A program made the position numbers and the translations under genes. The notes beneath the pieces are model-generated. The model was not told the DNA's origin. It did not search any database and saw only the letters and a program-made list of their open reading frames with translations. DNA of 63,488 bases, the filler included, from Reclinomonas americana ATCC 50394 (lineage: Eukaryota): NCBI GenBank assembly GCA_048213135.1. It is 10 parts of 6 records of this genome, joined end to end, with 100 filler letters (N's around TTAATTAATTAA, not from the genome) between each part and the next. Parts side by side here need not be neighbours in the genome. Positions count along the whole stretch, not along the records: positions 53,399 to 56,722 come from PS015732.1; positions 56,823 to 60,986 come from PS015734.1; positions 61,087 to 63,488 come from AFZH01015311.1; 7 more parts are not named here. The stretch is one strand, 5' to 3'. Shown in pieces: positions 53,437-63,488 of this stretch (its first letter is position 1; every line of letters begins with the position of its first letter).

Positions 53437-56213
53437 CCTCGTCGCTCAGCGAGCTTGCCAGATTGTTCAACGCCACGAGCGTGGACGGGTGCGTGGCACC
53501 GAGGAGCGTGCGTCGGCCAGCGAGACACTGCCGCAACAAGGTACTGGCTTCGACGTGTCGTTGCAGAACGGTGAAGACGCTGGCCAGCTTCGCCATCGTG
53601 GCCAGCGTCTGCAAATGCTGGTCTCCCAACAACTTGCGACGACCGGCCAGAGCCTCCTCAAACACCTGCGCCGCCTGCTCGTACTGCTCGAGATGCGACA
53701 GACACGCAGCGAGGTTGGACATGGCAGTCAGCACCACCGGGTGCATGCTGCCGAACAGCCGCTGCGCCACCGCCACCGACTCCTGCAACATGGCTAACGC
53801 CTCGTCGTGCCGCGAGTGGCGCATCAACTCCGACGCCATGTTGTTCATCGAGGCCACCGTGTCGGGGTGTCCGGCCCCGAGGACCTTGATACGCGCATCA
53901 AGAACCTCCTTGTGCAACTCGGTGGCATCGGCCGTTCGACCGAGAGCCGTCATGCACAGCGCCAAATTGTGCGCGGTCATGAGCGTGGACGGATGCTGCG
54001 CACCAAGTACTTCACGGCGCAGATTGAGGCAGTCCGAGTTCAATTGCAGTGCCAGCTGCGCACCACCAGTGTCATCAGCACAACACACGAGGCAGCCCAA
54101 GCAGGAAAAAATACGCAAACCTCAAACTGCCCGAGCTCGTATCGCGCCTGCGCAAGGTTGTGCAAGCACGACAGCGTCGTCGGGTGCTCGGCGCCAAGCA
54201 TGCGACGCGAAATCATGATGCACTGTTGCAGAATGCGGGTGGCTTCGGGAAGGCGCGCCAGTTTGACGTACGCCGCAGCCACATTGTTGAGCGAGGCCAG
54301 CGTATCCACGTGATTGTCGCCGAGGGCGCGACGGCGAATCTCGAGACACTGCTCGTGCAGTTTGCAGGCGCGCTGATAATCACCGCATGCAGCGTACGCC
54401 AGTCTGCGCGACACCAAACAGAGCGTGAGAAACTGCGCGATCCAATCCATGCGACTGCCACACACCCCAGATTGTTCAGTGTCGGCACCGTGGAGTCGAG
54501 GGCCTCCTCGCCAAACTCCCGACGGCGCACCTCCAGGCACCGCTCAAACACACGCACCGCCTCCTCCAGATGCCCCTGCGCGAGCAGCGTGCTGGCCAAG
54601 TCACTCATCGACGTTAACGTGTCGGGGTGCACGTCGCCGAGCAGCTCCGTTCGCAAGTGCAATGCCAGTCGCTGCAGGCGCTCGGCGGCGTCCAGTTGCC
54701 CGCCGCGAAAGAGCAAGCGGGCCGTGTTTGACCACACATTCCACTGCAGCGTGGCATTGTCGATGCACACAGAGTGGTTCTCGATGACCTGCACACAAAC
54801 GCACAAACGCACACACGCGGTATTACATCACCAGCACTTGGCGCAGACACCACACGTGCGTCACTCACTTGTCCGATACGCAGCAACAGATCGCCGACCT
54901 TGGCGTGTTTGGCGCTCTGGCCCAACACGAAGAACACATACAGCTCGATGAAACGCGTCCAGTGCGCCACCGCGAAATCGCTGACATGCGGAAACTGCTC
55001 GAGCGACGTCCACAAGAATAGCAGCTGCGGCTGGAAGGTGACCCAGATCTGATCGTCGCGCTTGAAGGCCAGACGCCACACCGCAGTGATCCACTGTCCC
55101 AGCACAACACAGGCGTTCTTCACCAAATGGCGACAATTGTAGGGGCACAGTCGCTCAAACAGCTTCCAGAACTGCCCGTGTAAGTGGAACGACGGGCTTC
55201 GCGGTGGTGGCTGACCGAGTGCCAGCTCACGGGCCTTGTCTCGCGCCTCCGCCGCTCCCTGATTTTTCGCCGGCGCCGCTTGTGCATACTCACTGCCGAC
55301 GGCGGTGTCGTCGCCGGTGGGTGTGATTCCCTCCTCGATTTCCGCCGCACGCTGTGCGCGTCACCAATGGCTTCAATGTCGGGGTGCGCGTAGAGCACAG
55401 AAACGTACATGAAGGGTGCTTACCAGTCGCATTAGGGCGCGTTCTAGTAGCAGCGGCTCTTTGCGTACGGCATCGCGCACCAGCGCAAAGCGACGAGAGC
55501 ACAGACTCAGATTTGCCGCCTCGGTGTCCACCAGCAACAATACGCTCTCTTGCATCAGCTTCTCAATGCGCTCAGCCACCTCCGCTTGCTCCTTTTCCGT
55601 GAACCCGCGCACTGCCTGTCGTGTGACTGCACCGACAAGCGCACATCCTCGAGTGGGTGGAAAGAGAATCGCTACGTGTACATAGTCGCTGAACAATACA
55701 CACCTTTTCCACGTCGCAGTTTGATGGGCTTGTTTCCTCGCACACTCTCCTCCTGTGACGAGGCGCGGTCGGTGCTGAGCGGTGGCGCATCACGGTCGGT
55801 GCGCAGACTGGACAGCGGTTCCTGCATTGTGAAGCACGTGAGCCGTTGGCGACGACTCACCTGGCACACAAAAAAGAGACACACGGCTCACCTCCGACGC
55901 CGACAGCGTGTCCGCACGCAGCGAGGAGGGTGGCTCGCTAAAGCCAACATCCGACAGCATGCTCTCCACGAATGTTGCCGCATTGGGCGAAGGCAACGGT
56001 GACAGTGGTCCCTGTGATGCAGTGCCAGGCACAGCGTGTGGAAACAGTCGATCGAGCACATCATCAGGTGGCGGAGGAGCAGGTGTCGCCGCTCCTACCA
56101 GTATCATCCCGCTTGACGCTGGTGCGGGTCTCGGCAACGCCGCCGGCACTGCAGGTGGAGCCACCAACATAGAGGCGTTTTGCTGCTGCTGCTGCGCTGC
56201 TCCGCCCCCCATT
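53437..56213 (-). CDS. TPR-repeat protein (kinesin-light-chain/nephrocystin-3-like 42-aa repeats) with unrecognised N-terminal region; both ends in gaps
   Basis: About nine repeats of RR..LG..HP.TL.S..NLA (LGDVHPDTLTSMSDLA, LGDNHVDTLASLNNVA, LGAEHPTTLSCLHNLA, LGAQHPSTL, LGAGHPDTVASMNNMA, LGATHPSTLVALNNLA). Confidence 0.88.
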
Positions 56214-56883
56214 NNNNNNNNNNNNNNNNNNNNNNNNNNNNNNNNNNNNNNNNNNNNNNNNNNNNNNNNNNNNNNNNNNNNNNNNNNNNNNNNNNNNNNN
56301 NNNNNNNNNNNNNNNNNNNNNNNNNNNNNNNNTTCGACGATCTGGAGGAGGTCTCCAGCGACGAGGAGTACGAGGAGGACGAATTCGGCAACAAGATCAG
56401 CAGTCGTCGACGCCGAGTGGTGCGTCGTCGTCACTGTTGTCGTTTGGGGGGCAGTTTGTGCCGATCTCTTGACATTAAAATTCTTCGTGCAGGAGGTGCC
56501 GACGACGATTCTCTCGGCGGTCATGGATGACTTGCCTGTGGTGACTGCGTCTCAGTCGGCGGTTTGTATTTCAGCCGCATGTGAAGCTCTCTCTTTGTCG
56601 TCCCTTATCTGTTGTGTGCAGTACCCTCGAGCGGTTGGTGAGGCCGCTGCCGCTGGCGACAATGTCGGCACTGTGACATCGTTGTTCTCACAAGCCGTGC
56701 CAGCTGCGGTACCAGCGGCGGCNNNNNNNNNNNNNNNNNNNNNNNNNNNNNNNNNNNNNNNNNNNNTTAATTAATTAANNNNNNNNNNNNNNNNNNNNNN
56801 NNNNNNNNNNNNNNNNNNNNNNCACAAAGCAACGGGTGTGTGTGCGAGGTGTGGCCATGATTCTTAACTTGATGGTGATGCAG

Positions 56884-58244
56884 GGCTTCCGCCGCTTTGA
56901 CGAAAAGGACATTCCGTTCCCCTCGTATCACACCAACCCCAACATCAAGTGCGTACCGCGCTCCTTGCGGCTGTTGTCGGTGTGTCGCGACTCACTGTGT
57001 TGCCTCAGAAAATCCCGATTTCCGTCTCGGTGGCTGGAGGTCGAGGGTTCCAAGATCGAACAGCCGCTTTCGTTGCGCACTGAAGGAGTTTGTACGTTCC
57101 CTTCCGCTCATACTCATCACTCCACGCCCGCCAGTGCACCACGTATGCGTCGTGGGCCACGAAGGGAACGACTGCTCGAGCAACTAAGACAGCGCAGTCG
57201 CTCTCGATGGGCACGCTTCAAGACGTGGTTCCGTAACGTGTTCTCACGGTGCTTTGGCAAGGACGAAAAGTTCGAAGCCGAAGCCAAGGAGGAGTTGCTG
57301 TCGGAAGTGCAGGTGAGCGCCTTCTCGTCGCGGTGTCGTTTGCTGCCGTCTCTCACATTCGCGTTGCAGAGGTACAATTTGTCGTACCAGGATCTTGGCG
57401 ATGGGTTCCAGAACTCGCAGCTGCTAAGAGTACTGCGAGAGACAGAGCGCGCCACGGACCTGAACCTGTCACACAACCGCATTTACCAGAGCATGGCCGG
57501 CGTCCGGTTACCGCACCTGCAGATCCTCAACCTGTCGCACAACGAGTTGACCACGTTCAAGTACCTGCCGATGGCCCCAAAGCTGCGTGTGCTCTACATG
57601 TCGGACAACCACTGCAAGACCTTGGAGGGCCTGGAGAAGTTCCCGACACTGGAGGAATTGTGGCTGGAGGGCAATCCCGTATGCTGGGACGACGACTTTC
57701 TCGACAGGTTTGTGTCGCTGCGGGAGTGGAGCCACACAAGGGGGAGGAGCGGATTGTCTTACAGTGCCCCGTTGCACACGCGCACAGACTACGAGCCATA
57801 TTGCCAGCACTGCGGCTGGTCAATGGCGAGCTGGTGGTGGAGCTGGACGACATTGCCAAGATCTCGGGTATGTCGCCGGCGCATGGTGGTGCGCAGTACG
57901 AGAACCACTTCTGGGAAGAAGAGGAGGAGTACGAGGAGGAAGACGAGGAGGAGGACGGCGAGGATGATGTGATGGAATTCGACGACGAGGGTGAGGGCGT
58001 CGGCGGTAGCGGTGGCGTCACGCACGGACACGCCACTCGCGGTCGCAACGGCTTTTTGCACGGCAACGGTTTCGCTTCGGGCCATCGGAGACACGGCGGC
58101 GGCGGTAGTAGCGATGGCGACGACGACGACGACGACGATGGTGGTGGCGATAGCGGCGAGTATGAAGAGCGGCTGTCGAGTGCCGACACTCGGATACGTG
58201 ACTCGCGAATCCATTCGCGAGCTGCTGGTGCTGCTGCCCCCTAG
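56884..58244 (+). CDS. Leucine-rich repeat protein with LRRcap and acidic C-terminal tail (SDS22/ANP32-like repeats); 5' end probably in gap
   Basis: LNLSHNRI, LQILNLSHNEL, LRVLYMSDNH, LEELWLEGNPV, cap LRAILPALRLVNG, then an E/D-rich tail to TAG at 58244. Confidence 0.85.
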
Positions 58245-58373
58245 TTTAGTGATGGTACCCTTTTATTTATTCAGTACTCCTGTTTTGCGTAATATACACC
58301 AAAGCGCGTCGACGACAAGACAGAGACAGGGCGACGGAAGTCCGGTCCTGCATTGCAGTATCGCTTTTCTCCA

Positions 58374-60121
58374 ATGCCAAAGATCGAGACGACGCTGAAC
58401 AGTGGAACGGGCAAGCACGAGCTCGTGCCCATTCCCGAGCAGCTGGTGAGTGAGAGACAGTCACCATCGCTCTTCACTCGCTCGCACTGTTACACTCACA
58501 CACCGCGCATCAGTCATTCGACCAAGGCTTCTTCTTTGCAGTGCGAGCGATCCAGATCCTGCGCGAGAAGAACAAGGGCGTGGTGTTCTGCGGCATTGCA
58601 GGCGCCAGTGGCAGTGGCAAGACGAGTCTCGCCAAGAAGATTGCGCAACTCATTCCCAAGTCACTGTGCGCACACACACTCTGTCTCTTTGCCACTCTCT
58701 CTCTCGTTCTCATGCTATGCGTGCAGAGTGATCTCACTGGATAACTACTTGGACTCGTCGCGCAAGGTGGTGGAGGAGAACTTTGATGATCCGCGTCTGA
58801 TGGACTTTGATTTGTTGTGTAGCAATCTCGAAGACATCAAGAACGGCCGCGAGACCGACCTGCCTCTTTACGACTTCCGCAAGAGCGGTCGCTATGCGTA
58901 CTTGAAGGCCCGACCACCTGTGTCACAGGTGTGTGCCTCGCAGCAAGTGTGCACCCATACGTGTTGTTGTTGCTGATGCATGCACGGTGAGGCAGGTGGT
59001 GATTGTCGAGGGCACGTATGTGCTGCGAGAGCAGATCCGACCGTACTTGGACCTGGCTGTGGCCGTCACTGGTGGCGTGCACTTTGATCTCATCAAGCGT
59101 GTGGTGCGCGACACGCAGCGCACGGGTCAGAATCCGGGCGAGTCACTGCACCAAATCACCTCCACCGTGCATCCCATGTACTTGGTGAGTGGGCGCGAGG
59201 CCGCAGCTGTGGTGGCATGTGTGTGTGTCTGACTGAGTTGTTGTGGTAGGCGTTTATCGAGCCCGATCTCAAGTACGCGCACATTACCATTCTCAACAAC
59301 TTCAATCCGCTGAGTGGCCTCATGTCGCCGACGTTTTCGATCAAGAGCGACGTGCAAGTGCCTCCCGACAAGATTCGCAGTGTGCTGGCGTCGGTGGTGG
59401 GCGTCGAGCCCGAGTGCAAGACGGAAAAGTACTACGGTGTGCAGCTGCTGATGTTTCCTCGTGTGCATGCATGCTCCCTTGGTGCCTGACCAATGGACGA
59501 CGTGCAGACATTTACTTGCATCCACCTGGCGAGAAGCCCGACAGCTGCATACATTGGATCCGCATGCGCAACGAGCGCGGTCGCTACGTGATCACCCTCT
59601 CGGAGTCGCTGAAGGAGGGCGACATGATGATTTCGCCAACAATCGAGTTTGCCACCGAGATGCAGACACTGGGCGGGCTCATGGTGCGCCCCCCGACACG
59701 CGTTACAGACACGCGCACACTTAGTCTCACTCTGTTTATTCGATAGGCCCTCGGCTACCAAATCGGCGCCGTGCTGAACCGCACGTCCACCATTTACGCC
59801 TTCCACGACCACAGCAGCAAGGTGACGGTCGACGAGATCCAACAACTCAATCAATCGTACACGCAAGTCAAGGGCACGAATCGAGAGGTTTGTGGGAGGG
59901 TGGCAAGAGAAGAAGGAACGTGTTTTTTTGCGGCCTCTGACAGTTCTTCACTGTTGCAGCGCGTCATGGAGATTGTGCGCGGTCTGGGCCTGGAGCACTC
60001 GAGTTTTGCGCTCTCCTACATTGAGCTGTACGTTCAGAAGCTACGACAAGCGCAGGAACAATCGGCCGCTGGCGAAGGCCCCTCACAACCACCTCCCCTG
60101 TCACTTCGTGCCAAGCTCTAA
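58374..60121 (+). CDS. Uridine kinase-like + CYTH fusion (triphosphate tunnel metalloenzyme, plant TTM1/TTM2-type), 8 exons
   Basis: SFDQGFFFAVRAIQIL, P-loop GIAGASGSGKT, ISLDNY, NFDDPRL, VTGGVHFDLIKRVVRD, AFIEPDL..AHI.I.NNFNP, DIYLHPPGE, WIRMRN, LGGLMALGY, QVKG, SYIE, all characteristic of this family. Confidence 0.92.
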
Positions 60122-60258
60122 ACTGCGCGGCACAGTTTTTTCTTCGTTGCCTCCTTCCTCTCTGTGTGTATGCATGTCGTAAGTGAATCGGCTGTTAGAA
60201 AGAAGCGATTGCCCTCGCACACGTTATTCACTGGCTGCGCTGTGGCCACAGCGCCCCC

Positions 60259-60978
60259 TCACTTGACCACAAACTGCGGTTGCCCGGCCATGAGTTGTCG
60301 CAGGAGCTGTGAGTGCTCCCGATGAAACTCCACGTGATCGCGCTCAAAATTCTCGTCGTGCCGCGAGTCCCTGTCGACATTGTAGACCACGGTCTGCGGC
60401 TCCAGTCGCTGCGACGGCAGCAGCTTCACGGTGAGGCCCACCATGCATCCGTGGCCCAGCACGCAGCCGGCCGGAACGTGTGATCGCATGCGCAGCACGC
60501 AGTTGTCTCCAATCGTTGCACTCTCCGCCACTGAATAAAAACAAGAGAGTCAATCGTGCCGCACAAAGGGAGAGAGGAGATGGGCACGCTCGCTCACCAG
60601 CATCGACCTCCAGCACGCAGTTGGCACCGATGCGCATGGTAAAGTCGTCGCTGCTGCCAATCTCACCTCTGCACCTCTATGCGCATGAGAGAGAGAGAGA
60701 GAGCATAGTGCACAACAGAGAGGCAGTGCACAACACAACTCTCGCCTCCGCGGGTTGCGCACACGCACGCGCTCCTCCACAACGCAGTCGGGGCCGATGA
60801 CGATCGGCATCTCTGTGTGCGCGAGGTGTGGATGAGAGCGTGTGCAACGATGTGCGTGTGGAGGCGGCACAGACACACCTCCTTCAATCACAGCTGTGGG
60901 GTGGATCACAGCACCAGCACGCACAGTCACGCGACCAGTCAGACGCGCGTCGGCCGACACCACTGCACCAGGCTCGAT
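60259..60978 (-). CDS. DCTN6: Dynactin subunit 6 (p27), left-handed beta-helix; first exon in gap
   Basis: IEPGAVVSADARLTGRVTVRAGAVIHPTAVI..PIVIGPDCVVEE..MRIGANCVLEV..IGDNCVL..GCMVG..EPQTVVY follows the p27 motif order. Confidence 0.8.
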
Positions 60979-61111
60979 CTGTATTTNNNNNNNNNNNNNN
61001 NNNNNNNNNNNNNNNNNNNNNNNNNNNNNNTTAATTAATTAANNNNNNNNNNNNNNNNNNNNNNNNNNNNNNNNNNNNNNNNNNNNGGACAACGAAGTAC
61101 ATTTGATTGAG

Positions 61112-62428
61112 TCAGCGTCGAGCAGCAGGTCGTGGGCTCGAGCCTGACTTGGGCTTTGGCCGTGCCACCGCCGGACCACGCTCCTCGAGCACCACCGGCA
61201 TCTGGTGCTCATCGAGACCGTTGACTCGGCGGTACAGGAGGCCGTACAGTCGCAACTGATCCTGCTCGGTGGTGACCCACTCGAGGCGATCGGCGGGGAT
61301 GCGGTGGTCGGCCGCCATGATTCGTGCCGTTTCCGCCGCCGGCAGTGTGCTTGCGGTCTCGCGGAACCCCGGTCTGATGCGTGCCATGTACACGACTTGG
61401 GTCAGCGGACCGGCAGTCTCGTCGAGCGTCGGAAGCCGGAACACGCGCGAATGGGTCGGGTGCGCAGCGTAGTGGATCGAGGGCGTGAGGTGAATGCGAT
61501 TGCGTGCTGGGTCGGGAGGCGGTCGGCGGCCACGTGCGCGCACGTCCACCACCGAATTCTGTGCCCACGCGCCCATTCAGCAACCGCAGCAAGTGGGGGA
61601 AACACAATGAACGCGCAACTGGCACCAGCAGGCCGTCTTGGATCATGTAGCGCAGGCGCAGCTCATCCTCGTCCCCGTGCACCTCGGAGCCGTGGAACGC
61701 CACATACCCGTCGCCCCAGTCGCGCTCAAAGTTCTCCACGCGCAAGCCGAGTCGCTCAAAGCCTGCACCGCACCAGTGAGACAGGAGGCGTGGTGAGAAG
61801 GCAACGGATGACCACACGAACCAAATGGCAGATAATACGGCTTGGGGTTGTCGCGCGGGCCGCGGTGGTAACCCGCATCGCGGTCCACGGCGCGAGAGTA
61901 CGAGCGGTTCCACTGAATGTCGAAACGAGACTCGTCAACCTGCACGAGACGTGAATGGAACTCGACAAACAGGAGGAGGAAATCGTATGCCGATGCCGAC
62001 GCAACAATCAAGTAGCCCGCATCCACCGCTCTGTCGAAGGTGGCCAGTGTGTTGAGTGCTGCGCAGAGAGAGAAAGAGAGAGATGGTGAGTGAGAGCGGA
62101 GCGCATGAATGGGTGTGTGTGTGTGTGTGCGAGACCTTGCAGACGCCGTGTGTGGTCCTCCATCACATCCGCCTCCACACGCTGCACCTCATGTTGCACA
62201 CCGCGGTGGTGGTCATCTACGACACAGTAAGTGAGCAGCAGCAACAGAGAGAGTGTGTGTGAGAGAGAGAGGAAAGGAGCGCGCACCCTCAGCAGCCATC
62301 GTGACAGCCTGCTTATACGACTGCAGAAGCGACTGGATTCGAGAAAAGTGCAGCAGCAGGTTAAACATAGAAGAGTCGCTATCGGTGCCCGGTGCAGGAG
62401 CCACAGCGGCGACGGCGGCGGCTGCCAT
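61112..62428 (-). CDS. Stand-alone NEURL4-type ADP-ribosyltransferase (PARP-like catalytic domain), ~6 exons
   Basis: Spliced product has RGPRDNPKPYYLPFGFERLGLRV, YVAFHGS, IHLTPSIHYA, QVVYMARIRPG, DHRIPADRLEWVT and LYGLLYR, collinear with the NEURL4 C-terminal ART domain as recalled (RG.P..Y.LP.GW.RF.L.V, YHGS, LSPS..YA, Q...VRPGS, ELEWVT). Confidence 0.82.
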
Positions 62429-62532
62429 GTTGTGCTTTTTTCGATTCTGACACTTGCCGGAAACTGCCGGGAACAACTTGTCATGTCGTCGTCTGTCGTC
62501 TCTTTTCCACGCGACTTTGTGTGCTTTGCGCG

Positions 62533-63488
62533 ATGGGAGTGGGTTCTTCGTCTGACGCCTCGCACGTCCCCGCTTCCGGCTCCTCCGCGGCTGCGGCCGC
62601 CGTTGCGGGCGCAGACGAGAGTCGCGTGGACCCGCGACGGTTGCTGGAGGGCGCCACCAATGCGCGTGTGTTGCACCTCAATGTGGACGGTGTGCGGCAA
62701 CTGGAGCAGGAGGTGGCCGAGGAGGAACGCATTCAGGACTCCTTGCAGTTGCGTGTGCGAGTCCGTCTGTGTGTGTATTCTCCGTCTTGCTCAATGGTGC
62801 ACACAGAACCGCATCGAATGAGGCCGCCGCGCTGCGTCAACAGGTTGCGCGAGACGGCACACAGAGCAACTCGGTGGCGGCGGCGGTGGTTGGCGAGATG
62901 GATCGGGCGCTGCAGGAGTTCAGCGCCTTTGTGCAGACCGATCAGCAGCGGGCACTGCTGCTGCAGCTCATGGAGCGGTTCATTGCGGATCAGTGCGGTC
63001 GTGATGCCGCCGGTCAGGCGCTCTTTGCCAAGCTGCGGTGAGTGTGTGGCGCCGTGCGTGATTCCCTGTGCGTGCATGTACTGAGAGAGAGGGGCGCTGG
63101 GGGCAGTGATGCGTTGAACGGAACCCCGTCGGCTAGCTTTGTCAGTGGAGGTGGTGGCGGCGGTGGTGGTGGTGTTGCGCCTCCGCGACACATTTCAGAG
63201 TCGCTGGCTGAGCTGTTGACGGCGCGCGGACAGCTGCCTGGTCCGCAGCAGAGTGCTATTGTGGAGCGTTTCCGAGATGTGGAGACGCCGCCTGCCGGTT
63301 ATTTCCCGGCGGCCGCGCCGGCTGCCCTGCCGTCTCCGCACACCTGCCCACTGCTTCATCAGGTGCGCATGCACTCCTTTTTTCCTTCCCTCTTCTCGGT
63401 GACGTGGATGGCTGACACGTGCGAGTGATGACACACAGCCCCCGCGTGAGCCCGTGTTCGGCACCGACGGGCAGGTGTACGAGTACAG
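62533..63488 (+). CDS. U-box-containing protein (putative E3 ligase) with possible N-myristoylation start; truncated at window end
   Basis: Starts MGVGSS. Splicing of 63363-63438 gives TCPLLHQPPREPVFGTDGQVYEY, which matches the U-box start CP......PV...DG..YE. Confidence 0.7.

Noticed and set aside
60259..60978. Bacterial hexapeptide acyltransferase or gamma-carbonic anhydrase
   Set aside because: Motif order (GAVV, IHP, PIVIG...EE, IG.N...EV, IGDN, TVVY) and the introns fit dynactin p27 better.
3412..63488. Numerous overlapping antisense ORFs, and a possible alternative genetic code
   Set aside because: Expected shadows of GC-rich coding sequence. Conserved proteins translate correctly in the standard code once introns are removed.

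Overview
Eukaryotic, GC-rich, intron-dense genomic scaffold (probably a protist; lineage cannot be fixed from this window), broken by nine artificial 100-nt spacers (N..TTAATTAATTAA..N) and several sized N gaps. Most introns are about 60-90 nt, so the ORF track only shows exon fragments. Genes, left to right: PRP8 (two fragments; the first begins inside a LAGLIDADG-type intein inserted before CPKELGGLG, not at the classical fungal EKA/SG site), uracil phosphoribosyltransferase, a secreted histidine phosphatase, an ~18-kb IP3/ryanodine-receptor-family channel, an orphan gene, a giant (>20 kb) beta-helix/Cys-rich/multi-TM surface protein, a TPR protein, an LRR protein, a uridine-kinase/CYTH (TTM-type) fusion, dynactin p27, a stand-alone NEURL4-type ADP-ribosyltransferase and a U-box protein. 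Most notable: (1) about 20 introns across six genes use an atypical 5' splice site, GTTGCG(T), that lacks +5G and looks like the ordinary donor shifted by one base; (2) the IP3R-like channel has a spliced-in GRAM lipid-binding domain inside its ligand-binding beta-trefoil, appears to have lost most IP3-coordinating residues and has a divergent pore filter; (3) the PRP8 intein, with a spliceosomal intron 4 nt from the empty classical intein site. All gene models and family calls are by-eye reconstructions from recalled family motifs, with no database searches.
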